A stretch of 64,000 nt of DNA, taken from NCBI GenBank assembly GCA_964016885.1, contig CAXHJY010000547.1, positions 62,001-126,000 on the forward strand, given 5' to 3'. Positions 13,122-27,477 of the stretch are shown here, one piece after another; position 1 is the first letter of the stretch, and each line of letters begins with the position of its first letter. The DNA comes from Eledone cirrhosa. Lineage: Eukaryota. Made by a program: the position numbers and the translations under genes. Under the pieces are notes generated by a model that was not told where the DNA came from, did not search any database, and worked only from the letters and a program-made list of their open reading frames with translations.

Positions 13122-13349
13122 TAGGAAGGGCATCAAGTTGTAGAAATTATACTGAATATGGAATGTATGAGCAAGATGTGGTTATCAAATGTGTCTAGTC
13201 TCAGAGCATGATAACATATCCAACTTTTGTCAGTATGGAAAAGTGACATAAATTGATGATTGTGTGTGTCATAACTTAGTGGTTTGACAAAGAGAGATTG
13301 ACAAAATAAGTACTAGACTTGAAAAAATAAATACTGGGGTCAATACTAT

Positions 13350-13545
13350 TGACTGAATCTCTTCAGACCTGTACCCCAGTATGGCCACAGTCTAATGACT
13401 GAATCTCATTAGACCTGTACCCCAGCATGGCCACAGTCTAGTGACTGAATCTCATTAGACCTGTACCCCAGCATGGTCACAGTCTAGTGACTGAATCTCA
13501 TTAGACCTGTACCCCAGCATGGTCACAGTCTAATGACTGAACCCA
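13350..13545. repeat. 46-bp tandem x4 from an interspersed-repeat 3' end
   Basis: gactgaatctcattagacctgtaccccagcatggtcacagtctagt repeated. Confidence 0.9.
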
Positions 13546-13949
13546 GTAAAAGAAGAACTGAATATTAGACTCATATATGAAACAAACCAAATCCTATCTT
13601 TATCAGCAGACAACAGTACACTTAATTATAATAGATCTAGAAACCGTGGAGTTAAATGTCAAATATATTTCCTTAAAAGCTATTAAGAAGTTCAAAGCTG
13701 TTTATTAATTCCAATATATGAACAGCTAAGTAAGACTTAACCCAGATTCTATTTTTAATAAAAATATCTTTTTATGAAGGTGTGTGGCCCAGTGGTTAGG
13801 GTGTTGGACTTGTAAGGTTATGGGTTCAGTTTTTGGACCAGGTGGTGTGTTGTGTTGTTGAGCAAGACACTTCATTTCACATTGCTTTCCTTGACAGGAA
13901 GGTGCTCCTATCATTAAATACTCAAGATACCTCCTACAATATATGTCAT

Positions 13950-14295
13950 ATGAGACCAGGTAAACCTACACAGGGGTAAATTGTAACAATCATATGACTG
14001 GGGCCCTATCATGATATGCAGCCGCGTATAAGACCAGGTAAACCTATACAGGTGTGAACTGTAACATGATATGACTGGGGCCCTATTATGAATGCAGCCT
14101 CATATAAGACCAGGTAAACCTATACAGGTGTGAACTGTAACATGACATGACTGGGGCCCTATTATGATATGCAGCCTCGTATGAGACCAGGTAAACCTAT
14201 ACAGGTGTGAACTGTAACATGACATGACTGGGGCCCTATTATGATATGCAGCCTCGTATGAGACCAGGTAAACCTTCACAGGTGTGAACTGTAAA
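13950..14295. repeat. ~77-bp tandem repeat x4.5
   Basis: gagaccaggtaaacctatacaggtgtgaactgtaac... repeated. Confidence 0.9.
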
Positions 14296-14717
14296 TTTCA
14301 TTTAGCTCCTTCATATCTTTCTCTCTGTCTTTTCTTATTGGACTGCGAGCATGCTGGGGCATTGCTTTTAAAGGCTGGTAATTTTATTGATCTCTGTTTG
14401 CCAAACTGCTAAGTTATAGAGTTTAACAAATAGCATCAGTTGTACTGGGTGTATTTTATTGTGGTACAATTACTACAACTTTACAGAGTGTACTGGGTGT
14501 GTTTTTTTGTGGTACCAGTACTTCAACTTTACAGAGTGTACTGGGTGTATTTTATTGTGGTACCAGTACTACTTTACAGAGTGTACTGGGTGTATTTTAT
14601 GACCTTTTTAAAATCTAAATGACTAACCTTTTTTTCTTTTTCTTATTTTGTAGGTAAGTGTACAGACAACTGGATATATACACACCATATATATATATAT
14701 ACAACATATATATATAC

Positions 14718-14756
<39 letters not shown>

Positions 14757-15893
14757 CATATATATATATATATATATATACACCATATATATATATATAT
14801 ACACACCATATATATACACTGTATATACTTGTGTATAGTCACACATTTACAACATACAACTTATCTGCTGGACCTACCAAACTTCAAGTCAAAATATACG
14901 GTACATTGTAAATGTTGAGTAGAATATGGAGATGTGACTTATCTAGTAGTGCAACTTATACATGTATGTGTGTATATATATATATACTGGTGTGACTTAT
15001 ACACAAGTATATATGGTCACCATGTCTTGATTATCTCTGCATTCAGATAAGTTTTTAACTCTTTCTAACTATTTTGTATGTAAAATGGTAATGTGACTTA
15101 TGTATGTGTGTATGTATGTATGTATGTATGTATGTATGTGTGTATATATATGTACGTCTACATGTGTATATATATGTATGCAATTACACCTCTCAAGGGC
15201 GATGACACACGACCTTGACCTCTGGCGTCACGCAGTAATGCAGAAGACCCGACTTCACACAGGAACAAGCCGAAGCTGAAGCATATAGACAATATGCCCC
15301 CACCCCCTCCCACTGCAAAGTGGTTGTGGAGGTGTCACGGCAAAAAAGCACCCAGCACTCACTGTAAATGAGGTTGGTGTTAGGAAGGACATCCAGCTGT
15401 AGAAATCAAGCCAGAATCAGTTCCCATATGAGCAAGACAAGGTCAGCCGACTGGACACTGCCCACAACAGGACAACCCGTCTAACCCATGCTAGCGTGGA
15501 AGAACGGACGTAAAACGGTGATGATGATGATGATGCCTACAAAACCCTAATTCAAAATATTGGTTACATTGTAAGAGTGCTGTCCATCTGACTGTCTGTC
15601 ACCCTCACTGTATATAGAGAGGGGGGGTGCCAAGTGAGAGATATGTACATAGAGAGAGGGGGAGTGAATGCTATGTGTTTTGGAGGTGACAGAAAGAGGT
15701 AGATAAAAAGTTGTGATGTCACCCTCATCTATATAGAGAGGGGGTGAGCAGCAAGTGAGATATATAGAGAAAAGCAATGTCATTTGTTTAGAGAGAAGGA
15801 GAGTGTGATGTATATGTGTTACAGGAAGATGTCACACTCATCTAGTGTATATAAAATGGAAGTATGACATGTATATATATATATATATATATA

Positions 15894-16350
15894 TGAATAA
15901 AGTTAGTCCTTCATCAGTGATCTTCCAACCATCATTGGTATTTCATCGCTTTAAAGACCATATACCTCCGGTTGGTGCGAGCAACGGCTAAAAAAAGTCG
16001 TTGGGACACGTAAATAAAGGGGACAAGAGTATAAACAACAAAATTGGTGAGCAATGAAAAGTGAGGAAGAAGAAGTCAAGTCCCAAATTTCTATGAATTT
16101 AAATTCGGTGAAATCGTGAACGAGAGAGAATAAAGACCATCAAACCTGGTTGGAATGTGAGCAAGGAAGGAATTCCGTACAGGTCTAACGGGAGGAAGAA
16201 GGGATCTAGTCTGTGATTTCGGTGAACGTGAGTTCTGTGAAATCGTAGACAAGAGAGAGAAAAAGAACGACCTGCTAGACCAAGAGTGCGAAAGAAAAGA
16301 ATTACGCACAGGTCAAACAGGAAGGAAGAGGAGGAGGAGAGGTAGTAACA
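15894..16350 (-). mobile_element. Interspersed TA-associated element ending at CTGATGAaggac
   Basis: Homologous in inverse orientation to 54418-54683. Both carry cactgatgaaggactaa, a possible HHR 5' half. Confidence 0.6.
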
Positions 16351-16464
16351 GGTATGTATGTATATATGTATGTATGTATGTATATATATGTATGTATATA
16401 TGTTCAAAACCCTAATTCAAAATATTGGTTACTTTGTAAATGTATATAAAATGGAGGTGTGCCA

Positions 16465-16675
16465 TATATATGGTAATTATACCTGAAACATGTCTACATG
16501 TACACCTGTATATATGGTAATTATACCTGAAACATGTCTACATGTACACCTGTATATATGGTAATTATACCTGAAACATGTCTACATGTACACCTGTGTA
16601 TATGGTAATTATACCTGAAACATGTCTACATGTACACCTGTGTATATGGTAATTATACCTGAAACATGTCTACAT
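16465..16675. repeat. 44-bp tandem repeat
   Basis: tggtaattatacctgaaacatgtctacatgtacacctgt.. about 4.7 copies. Confidence 0.92.
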
Positions 16676-17377
16676 TCAGTTTAGTTTTAGATAAGTTTCT
16701 AAATATCATCATCATCATCGTTAAATGTCCATTTTTCCATGCTAGCATGGGTTACAGGAGTTGTCTCATTGTGAGACAAGCCAGATCAAATGACCATGTC
16801 TTGCTCCCACAGAACTGATTTTTGCTTAGCTTATATGGCTGGATGCCCTTCATAACACCAACTATATATACAGTGTGGACTGGGTACTTTTTGTCATGAC
16901 ACCTACACAACCACTTTACAGTATGGACTGGGTACTTTTTGTCGTGAAATATACTGTATGTAAAATGGTGGTAGAACGTATACACCAGTGTGACTTATAC
17001 ATCAGTGTGACTTGTACACCAGTGTGACTTATACACCAGTGTGACTTATACACCAGTGTGACTTATACACCAGTGTATACTGTTAGTGAGAATAACAATA
17101 ATAATTTCGCTGAGGTCAACTTTGCCTTTCGTCTTTCTGGGTCAATAAAATAATGTAGCAGTTAACTACTGGGGTTGATATAATCAACTTTGCCCTTCTC
17201 CCAAATTTCCTGGCTTTGTGCCTAAATTAGAAATCATTATCCTAAATATTGGTTGAGTAGTCAATGCAGTGGGCTGGTATTGGTTGTGGCAACAATGGCT
17301 ATACACTGTGAAGTGGTCAGTAAGAAGAAGAACATCCAGCTGTAAAGAACTTGCCTAACAAAAGGTCAAGAGAACTG

Positions 17378-17990
17378 ATGAGCTTTGTCAAAGACATGAC
17401 AACCTCTCTAGTGTTGGGAGGACTCTTTAGCTGTGTCAAAGACATAACCTCTCTATTGTTGGGAGGACTCGTTAGCTGTGTCAAAGACATGACAACCTTT
17501 CTAGTGTCGGGAGGACTCTTTAGCTGTCAAAGACATAACAACCTCTCTAGTGTTGGGAGAACTCATGAGCTGTGTCAAAGACATGACAACCTCTCTAGTG
17601 TTGGGAATCAACATAAGTGATCACCCAGTACACCCTGTAAAGTGGTTAGTGATGAGAAGGACATCCAGCCATATAAAACCTAAAACCTGCCAAACAACGG
17701 GTCAGGAAGACTTTTCTGCTATGCCAAATCATAACTACCTCTCTAGTGTCAGGAAGACTCTTTAGCTGTATCAAAGACATGACAACCTCTCTAGTGTCAG
17801 GAGGACTCTTTAGCTGTATCAAAGACATGACAACCTCTCTAGTGTCAGGAGGACTCTTTAGCTGTATCAAAGACATGACAACCTCTCTAGTATTGGGAGG
17901 ACTCTTTAGCTGTATCAAAGGCATGACAACCTCTCTAGTGTCAGGAGAACTCTTTAATTGTGTCAAAGACATGACAACTTCCCAAGTGTC
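17378..17990. repeat. 48-bp minisatellite in two blocks
   Basis: agctgtgtcaaagacatgacaacctctctagtgtcaggaggactcttt repeated. Confidence 0.92.
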
Positions 17991-18959
17991 GGTGCTACCG
18001 TAGAACACAAGATTATACGTGCCTCCGCTCCTTTTTTGGCTCAATTGGAGGTCAGAGTCTCTGCTAGAGTACTGACTTATGACAAAATGTCACAGAGGAA
18101 ACAAATGCTAACTAATGACGACGATGATGATGATAAATGTAGAATTTGTTTATAGCAATAAAAGAGAAAATAGATTCCAGCTTTGATAAATTATTTATAA
18201 AATTAAGTTAATAAAACATTGTAATACTTGAGGATAGTCAAGGTTGGTTTAGACTTCAATTTAGACTTGAACAAATACTAGAAATTTAATTATATATCTT
18301 CGTTTAAGTTTTAATTAAGATTTCGGAATTCTTATCAAGTGATAAAACAACAACAGGTGTCTCCTTGATATAATGCAATAATATTTCTTTTATATCTGAA
18401 CAGATTTTATCTCTAAAAACTTGTTTAATTTAATGTTGTTAAAATTCTGGTGGAAGGGACTGTCTGTAAAATAAAGGGTTTCTGTGACTTTTAGAAAATC
18501 TACAACAAAATATATTTGGCAGACACAGGTCGAGGTTGAAGAAACCAGTTGTTTTAAAACATATTGAGTTCTAATAAACTCATAACTCAATAAGGAAATG
18601 GCACATGAAATAATGTATTCCTAGATATACTTTTGTGTTTTATTTTTTTGAAAAGAGCAAAGTACGGTGCAGTCAATTGGCCAGACTTGCCTTATAATGT
18701 GGACGATCTGTCTAACCCATGCAAGTGTGGAAAAATAGATGTTAAATGATGATGATAATGATGATATTTCATATTACTACATTTGAAACACATACTAATA
18801 ATAATGAAATTATTGTGTACAATGCTCAGGTGCACTACAACTCATCAAAGTGCATGTATAGTACATAGAATAATGTACAAATGTCAGGGAAGGGAATAGT
18901 GTATGAGTCATGATATACATGTGTGTGTGTGTGTATGGAGGGGGAATATTATGATTCTT

Positions 18960-19312
18960 AATCTAAGACCTAACCTCAACCTCAGTCCTAACACCTAACT
19001 CTAAACAAAACCCTAAACATGTTCCTAACATCAACCCTAAACATGACTCTAACCTTAATCATAAACTTGAATCCAAATATGACCCAAATCCTTACCATAA
19101 CTCTAAACCTAACTCTAACCTGACCCTAATCCTTACCACAACCCTAAACCTAACTCTACTATGACCTTAAACCTAACTCTAACATGACACTAATCCCTAC
19201 CACAAGCCTAAACCTAACTCCAATATGACCCTAATCCTTACTACAACCCTAAACCTAACTCTAACATGACCCTAATCCCTACCACAACCCTAAACCTAAC
19301 TCCAACATGACC
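18960..19312. repeat. Degenerate telomere-like (CCCTAA-related) repeat
   Basis: Recurring accctaa/acctaac/ctctaac hexamer variants. Confidence 0.65.
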
Positions 19313-20056
19313 CTTTAGCATTTAAACTGGCCATATCTGGCCAGAATTCTCTCACCTCTTTCTATTCAAACTGGCTGTAACTGGTCGCTCAAACTAATGT
19401 TAAGGTATTGTTCTCAAAATAAATACCATCAAAATCTCGTAGATTCGATATTATGTGTGATACACCCTTTACTGTGAAAATACAATAGTATATATAGAGT
19501 AATGTAAATGTGAAAGGGTTAATATACACACTTCCTCATCATAACAACACTATAATGAGTTAATAAAGATACCTTTACATCAGTTGTCCTCAACCTTTCT
19601 TTAACCTAGGACGCCTTTCATTCTGTTCTACTCTGGTCGATCCCTAGAGCTCTCCCATGTTTAAAGGTATTGTTTTCAAAATATATAATATCAACATTTC
19701 GTTGATTCGATATTATGTGAGATAATTATGTAAGATAAACAAAAATACTATACTATATATAGAGTAAATGTGAAAGGGTTAAAGGTCTCCAATTTGAATT
19801 ATAATCTGCCAACATAATTTTATATAAAAACCTTACTAATGAAATAATTAATAATTGTAGTAAATCCCTCAAAATTCTTCATTAATTAATTGTATTTCAT
19901 TAGAAATGCAGTGATGAAAGGATTAAGGGGTTCACCTCGCAACAATATAGTTTCAAATCCAGCCCCATTGAAAGGCATCTTGTAGCAAGGGTCTTCTAAT
20001 GAAGACTCTGGTTGACTTGTGAGGGAAACTTGGTAGTCAGGAACTGTAAAAGCTTG

Positions 20057-20347
20057 GGGTGTGGGGTGTGTGTGTGGTGTGTGTGGTGTAGGGTGTGCGT
20101 GTGTCTGTGGTGTAGGGTGTGTGTGTATCTGAGTTGTGTGGTGTGTCTGTGTGTGGTGTCTGGTGTGTCTGTGTGGTGTGTGTGTAGGTGTCTGGTGTGT
20201 GTGAGGTGTCTGTGTGGTGTGTGAGGTGTGTGTGTGATATGTGATGTGTGGTGTGTGGTGTCTATGTGAGGTGTGTGTGTGTGTCTGTGTGTGTGGTGTC
20301 TGTGTTGTGTCTGGTGTGTATGTGGTGTGTATGTGGTGTGTGGTGTC
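20057..20347. repeat. GT-rich low-complexity repeat
   Basis: Degenerate (GT)n. Confidence 0.95.
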
Positions 20348-20689
20348 TATGTTGACAAAAGACATTGCCAATATATGTACCAAACTTGATAAAAGCCACT
20401 TTCTATGGTGGACTATATTTAAGGTGTTGCTCCAGCATGGCACTTTCTTTTACTGTTTTCAGTCATTGAGAACTCTGTGTTTATGTTGCATGACTTAGTG
20501 GTTTGACAAAAAGCGATCGATAAAATAAATACCAGACTTGAAAATAAATAAGTGCTAGGGCCTTGATATGATCGACTAAGATGACTTAAAGGTGGTGCCC
20601 GAGCATCATTAGTTTAATAATACCTGAAACTAGGAAATCAGTGAAGTATTATAGAAAAATATGACTGACTTAACTGTGTCATGATGTTC

Positions 20690-20699
20690 TTGTTGTTGC

Positions 20700-20749
<50 letters not shown>

Positions 20750-21017
20750 TTGCTGTTGATCTTGTTGTTGCTGCTGTTGTTGTTGTTGTTGCTGCTGTTG
20801 CGGCTGTTGCTGCGGCTGTTGCTGTTGCTGCTGCTGTTGCTGTTGTTGTTGTTGTTGTTGTTGCTACTGTTGTTGCGGCTGTTGCTGCGGCTGCTGCTGT
20901 TGTTGTTGTTGCTACTGTTGTTGCGGCTGTTGCTGCTGTTGTTGTTGCTATTGTTGTTGTTGCTACTGTTGTTGCGGCTGTTGCTGCTGTTGTTATTGCT
21001 GTTGTTGTTGTTGTTGC
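20690..21017. repeat. (GCT/GTT)n trinucleotide repeat
   Basis: Visible directly. Confidence 0.95.
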
Positions 21018-22586
21018 CTGAACACTGTACGGCGTAATTCGGGATGTTTGTTTACAAACAAACCGAGCATTATAATAAATGTTCGGTAAACCCATACGTA
21101 CATATATATATGTGTGCATGTATACATATATGTATGTACGTATACATACATACTTACATTTATATATATATCTATATATATATATATAATGTGTCTAACC
21201 AGTACTATATGTCTATACTAGTCAAGAAGAGCCTCTCCCTTCTCGCTCCCTCTCCCTCTCTCTCTCCTCTCTCTCTCCCCCTTCTCTCTCCCCTCTCCCC
21301 CCCCCCCCCTTCTCTTTCTCCCCTCTCTCCTTTTTTATTAGTCATTTGACTGTGGCCATGCTGGTGCACCACCTGGAGGGATCATATCAACCCCAAGACA
21401 TATTTTATTGATCTCTAAATTATCAGACAGTCATGGACACTCTCTCACACATATACATGTATATATATATGCATATATATACATACATATGTATATGTGC
21501 ATATATATATATATATATATGGTACCACAACACCCAGTCCAAACTAATGAGGTCGTGTAGCTGTCACAACAAAAAAACACACAGTCCACGCTGTATTGTG
21601 GCCGTGTTCTCCCAGTTCCACACTGTAAATGTGGTTGGTGTTAGGAAGGGCATCCAGCTGTAGAAAACCTGCCAGATAGTTCTATATGAGCGAGACACGG
21701 TCACCCGACCAACCTTAACCTCAAGTGGGACAACTCTCATCTAACCCATGCTAGCGTGGAAGATGGACGTTAAACAACAATGATGATGATGATGATATAT
21801 ATATATATGTGACATTTTTATGAACTTCTAGTATTGCTTGTATATATGTGTATATATACAAATATAATATAAGTAGATTAAAATAACATTTATTTCAACC
21901 ATTTACTGTAAATCAGCTCAAATATGCTTTATACAGGCTAAAATCTGTAGTTTATGTATTTATATATACCCCCCCCCCCCCCACATATGTATACATATAT
22001 ATACATTTGGGTACATTTTATCATAGAGGTTGTTGTTTTTTGACATATCTGAAGATTCCTCATGTGTCTGTCTCTGTGTACACACACACACACATATATA
22101 TATATATACATATATATATATACATATATATATATATCTCTGTACATATGCATTTATGATAGCAAGCCAGGCATGGTCACCTCATTTGTTTTTTTTCTCA
22201 TTGTTACACATTTCTCTAAAAACATTCTCTGGTACCATCCTTAATATGCTTTTCGTACACCCTTTTGTGGTTAATAAAGACATCAATATTATGACAGTTA
22301 AAATCCTGACAAGGTTATCTTTGGTATTCATTCTTACAGGGTTGATAAATTTAGATACCAGTAATGCACTAGGGTAGATTTAATCAACTTTCCACTTCCT
22401 TTCAAATTGCTGGCCTTGTGAATGGGAGGTATTAAGTTATAACAATGTCTTATAAACAAGTTATTATTATAGTCAGCCATAATAATAACTTGTTTATAAG
22501 ACATTATGATTTAACTAGTTTATAAGACTAGTATTGTTATAACTTAACTTGTTTATAAGACATTGTTATTATTATAGTCAGTCATA

Positions 22587-22808
22587 AGGGCGGTGGATTG
22601 GCAGTCGGTAGAGCGTTGAACAGCATGCTTCGCAGCATAGAGTTACGGTTCTTTACATTCTGAGTTCAAATCCCACCGAGGTTAACTTTGCCTTTCATCC
22701 TTACGGGGTTGATAAATAAAGTACCAGTAATGTACTGGAGTTGATTCAATCAATTTTCTCTTCCCCCACAAATTGCTGGCTTTGTGCCTAAAGTAGAAAC
22801 AATTATTA
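22587..22808 (+). mobile_element. tRNA-derived SINE (family 1, Nin/Deu-like central domain), near full length
   Basis: A-box-like tggcagtcgg, B-box gagttcaaatcc, domain ttgcctttcatcc..ggggtcgataa..aagtaccag, (ATT) tail. Other copies near 9655, 11042, 17100, 23990, 31192, 38156, 39009, 41013, 45630, 47104, 50392, 51245, 54222 and 55325. Confidence 0.85.
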
Positions 22809-24203
22809 TAGTCAGACATGAGTGGGAGGTATTAAGTTATAATAATAAGTCTTATAAACAAGATATTAAGTTATATACAGTCTTATAAACAAGTTATAAT
22901 CAGACATGAGTGAGAGAAATAATGTACGATATTGGTCTAATAAACAAGATGTTAAGTTATATACAGTGTTTACATATTTGTACTGAAAATTATAGAGCTA
23001 TCTTCTAGCATGTTCACTAACTCTATTAAGTATTTCTTATTAACAATATGAATGTGCATGGCTTAGTGGTGGGAGCGTTGGGCTTGCAATGATGAAATGT
23101 CTTCAGTGGATATAGTTAGAAGAATATCCAGTTATTCAACAGGACTGGTAGTTGTGGCATTTTCACTTCATCTAATATCATACAATCATTAGAACATCTG
23201 ACTAATAAAATGGCAAGTCAGTCAATCATATTGGTGGCCTCCCCACAGCCCTGGCTTGTGAGTTCAATTCCTGGGCTGAGTAATGTGTTGTGTCCTTGAG
23301 CAAGACACTTTATTTTGATGTTGCTCTAGTTTACTCAGTTGTAGAAATGAGTTGAGACATCACTGGTGTCAAGCTGTATTGGCCATAGCCTTTCCCTTGG
23401 ACATCATCGGTGACGTGGAGAAGGGAGACTGGTATGTATGGGTGACTGCTGGTCTTCCACAAACAACCTTGCCCTAGCTCGTGCCTCAGAAGGGAACCTT
23501 CTATGGGCCATACAGGTTTAGCTGGCCTCCTATGAATTTGTAGCTCATAGGAGCTTATTGGGTGTTTTATTTATAGGGGCCAGGGCCATATGATGATGAT
23601 GATAGTTATTACAGTTCACCCCTATGTAGATTTATCTGGCCTCTGAAAAGGTTGCATCTTATAGGAGGTTTCTCTCGTGTTTTAATGATAAGGACCCCAG
23701 TATTATGTGAAGCAATATGAAATGAAACATCGAGCTGAAGAACACATCACACTGCCTGGTTCAGGAATTGAACCAATGACTGTAAGTCTAATACCCTAAC
23801 TGGTAGACCATCTATCTCCATGTTACAGTCATTGCCACCCTGCTTCTCCAGTTAAGATATATTCTTAAACTTCCACCCAATTTAACTGACAGTCACTGAC
23901 ATGTGATAGAACTACCAAAACCAAACCTGTTCTACGGTTGCCTCTTACAATTTTGATGATTTATTTCAACAAATTATGGCATTATTACATGCAGTATCAG
24001 TAGAGGGTCGGATGCCATGCTTTGAGCATAGAGTTACGCCCCTTTATGGTCTGAGTTCAAAATCCGCCGTCGTTAACTTTGCCTTTCATCCTTATTTTAC
24101 TCCTTCGATTACAACATGTTAGGTTCTGTCTGTCAGGAAACATTTGATCCACTGTAGTAACTTTCTAGAGACACCAATATTGGATAGTTTTTTTCAATAG
24201 AAT

Positions 24204-24240
<37 letters not shown>

Positions 24241-24247
<7 letters not shown>

Positions 24248-24445
24248 TGTAATAAACAACATAAGATAATTATTTCATAGGATTTCATTCTGATGACTGA
24301 AAGCAAATTTTGTTTGCTTTCAAGAAACCACTGGTAAATGAAATAATTATCTTATCTTGTTTATTACATAACTATTAAGCTTTGTAACCTACATAGAGCA
24401 CTCTTTTTTCCTGGACTTTTCCGACGGAATTACTTCATTCATACA
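24241..24445 (+). mobile_element. TA-flanked fold-back element with complete HHR
   Basis: Inverted arms 24241-24278 and 24338-24375 enclose the HHR. Tail catagagcactc..cggaattac is shared with 33670-33720. Confidence 0.75.
24282..24344 (+). ncRNA. Type I hammerhead ribozyme motif
   Basis: atttcatt-CTGATGA-ctgaaagcaaa..tttgctttcaa-GAAA-ccactgg-TA-aatgaaat. Perfect 8-bp helix I, GUA site. Confidence 0.82.
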
Positions 24446-24449
24446 TATT

Positions 24450-24522
<73 letters not shown>

Positions 24523-24593
24523 AAAAAAGATGAAATCGAAAATGCAACTGGAGTCTTTTTAAGAATATTTATTTGGTTCCTTTACCGGTTTCC

Positions 24594-24706
24594 CAGTTCT
24601 TGTGCTTTTCAAAAGTAGAATTGAGATGGAGGGTTTGTGGTTTTTCTCGCAAAGAAAACCCACAAACCCTCCATCTCAATTCTACTTTTGAAATGCACAG
24701 GAACTG
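24594..24706. repeat. Near-perfect palindrome (~54-bp arms) beside GAAACCGGTA (minus)
   Basis: cagttcttgtgc..tttct cgcaa agaaa..gcacaggaactg. Confidence 0.8.
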
Positions 24707-25256
24707 CAAAATAAAGTACCAGTAATGCACTAGGATAATTGCTGGTCTTGTGCCAAAAGTATAAACAATTATTACATATCATACCAGTCTAGCTCAGAGA
24801 TAAAGGGCCGCGTGTGGCCCTCTGAAGGTCTGGGCATGGCCCTTTGAAGGGCCGCATGTGGCCCTCTGAAGGTCTGGTTGTGATCCTCTGAAGGTCTGGT
24901 TGTGATCTTCTGAAAGTCTAGTTGTGACCCTCTGAAGGTATAGTTGTGATCCTCTGAAGGAACAATATTGGGGATTAAATAACATTGTTTGGCTGAACAA
25001 ATAAGGGAGACAAATCTTATTTTAAAAAAAGGGTGGGGGGGGCGTGTATATATGTTCTGTGTTTTAGACTACGATTTTACATACAGGTAACTAAAATATG
25101 GCATAGGAAAAGGTTGTTGGCAAAGCAACTTTTTACCTATTTTATAAGAAACAAAAATGTAATTTCTTGAGCGCCACAATTTTGTGTGGCTCCCCATTCC
25201 TGGGAAAACTGAACATTGTCAGCCACCATTTAAAGCAAATTATCCCAAATATATTT

Positions 25257-25775
25257 AATAATAATAATGAAATTATTGTGTACAGTGCTCAGGTGCACTA
25301 CAATTCATCAAAGGTGCATGTATAGTACATAGAATAATATACAAATGTCAGGGAAGTGAATAGTGTATGAGTTATGATATACATGTGTGCGTGTGTATGG
25401 AGGGGGAATATCAGGTGTAGTGTTGGTGAATCTCGGGTGTAGTGTTTGTGAATCTCAGGAAGCATGGAAGTTTTAAAGGATGTAGTGTCTCAACAGCTAA
25501 CAACTGATGGAGGTAGTTTGTTCCATGGAGGTTTTAATGGATGCAGTGTCTCGACAGCTAACAAGTGATGCAGGTAGTTTGTTCCATGGAGGTTTTAATG
25601 GATGCAGTGTCTTGACAGCTAATAACTGATGCAGGTAGTTTGTTCCATGCTTCAGCAACTCTGAGCGTGAAAAAATGTTTCCGAAAGTCATGGGAGCTGT
25701 GCTGTTTTCTGACTTTGTTGACACATCCACATGTGTTAGACACATTGAAATCGAAAAGGTACTCAGAGTTGTTGT
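25257..25775 (-). mobile_element. CR1/L2-like LINE 3' end with internal ~63-bp triplication
   Basis: RKHFFTLRVAEAWNKLP resembles the CR1 C-terminal FF..RV...WN.LP motif; (ATT)n tail. A shorter copy lies at ~18795-18950. Confidence 0.75.
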
Positions 25776-26149
25776 TTAGTTCCTGTGATAGTATTTATTT
25801 AACCCTTTAGCATTTATGTTACTCTATATATATGGTAGAGGCTTTACCTTACATAATATCGAATCTTTGAGATTTTGATATTATATATTTTAAGAACAAT
25901 ACTGTAACATAAGTATAACCAGCTGGTTACAGCCAGTTTCAACAGAAAGAAGTGAAAGAATTCTGTCCGGTTATGGCCTGTTTAAATGCTAAAGTGTAAG
26001 GTATTAATAAACCTGAGCGTAGGCTGGGTACTTTTACTAGTAGAATATATAAACCTTGCTTTACTTTATGCACTTACAATGAAGACAAATTAAAGAATAA
26101 AGTAATGTATTTGATTTTGCTGAATTTGTATATTATCTACAATATATTT

Positions 26150-27206
26150 ATAAATGTATGTGTATATATATGTTCCATATTATACATTTATCAATGTTTG
26201 TGTATATATATATGTTCCATATTATACATTTATCAATGTTTGTGTATATATATATGTTCCATATTATACATTTATCAATGTTTGTGTATATATATATGTT
26301 CCATATTATACATTTATCAATGTTTGTGTATATATATATGTTCCATATTATACATTTATCAATGTTTGTGTGTATATCCCATCTTTTACAATATATATTT
26401 GTGTGTATTAATGTCACATATCTACAATGCATATATAACTGTATATATGTCCCATATTATACGTACATATATATGTGTATCTATCTCTGTCCTATCTTTA
26501 ATACATATATATATATGACCCACCTACAATACATGTGTATATATGTCCTACCTACAATACATGTGTATATATGTCCTACCTACAATACATGTATATATGT
26601 CCTACCTACAATACATGTATATATGTCCTACCTACAATACATGTATATATATGTCCTACCTACAATACATGTATATATATGTCCCACCTGCATGTGTATA
26701 TATATGTCCTACCTACAATAAATGTGTATATATGTCCTACCTACATGTGTATATATATATGTCCTACCTACAATACATGTATATATATGACCCACCTACA
26801 ATACATGTGTATATATGTCCCACCTACAAAACATATATATATATATATGTCCTACCTACAATACATATATATATATGTCCTACCTACAATACATGTATAT
26901 ATGTCCTACCTACAATACATGTATATATGTCCTACCTACAATACATGTATATATGTCCTACCTACATGTGTATATATATGTCCTACCTACAATACATGTG
27001 TATATATGTCCTACCTACATGTGTATATATATGTCCTGCCTACAATTCATGTGTATATATGTCCTACCTACATGTGTATATATATGTCCTACCTACAATT
27101 CATGTGTATATATGTCCTACCTACAATACATGTGTATATATGTCCTACCTACATGTGTATATATATGTCCTACCTACAATACATGTGTATATATGTCCTA
27201 CCTACA

Positions 27207-27267
<61 letters not shown>

Positions 27268-27388
27268 ACCTATAATACATGTATATATATGTCCTACCTA
27301 CAATACATATATATATATGTGTCCTACCTACAATACATGTGTATACATGTCCTCCCTACAATACATGTATATATATGTCCTACCTACA

Positions 27389-27442
<54 letters not shown>

Positions 27443-27477
27443 CCTACAATACATGTGTATATATGTCCCACCTACAA
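26150..27477. repeat. AT-rich minisatellites (42-bp unit, then ~28-30-bp gtcctacctacaatacat unit)
   Basis: Visible directly. Confidence 0.95.

Noticed and set aside
18960-19312. True telomere or fusion site
   Set aside because: Highly degenerate, with no run of perfect TTAGGG units.
20679-21119. Poly-Ala/Thr or poly-Leu/Gln protein
   Set aside because: Trinucleotide repeat flanked by repeat-derived sequence; no exon evidence.
22587-22680. tRNA gene
   Set aside because: A/B boxes belong to SINE heads; no complete cloverleaf.
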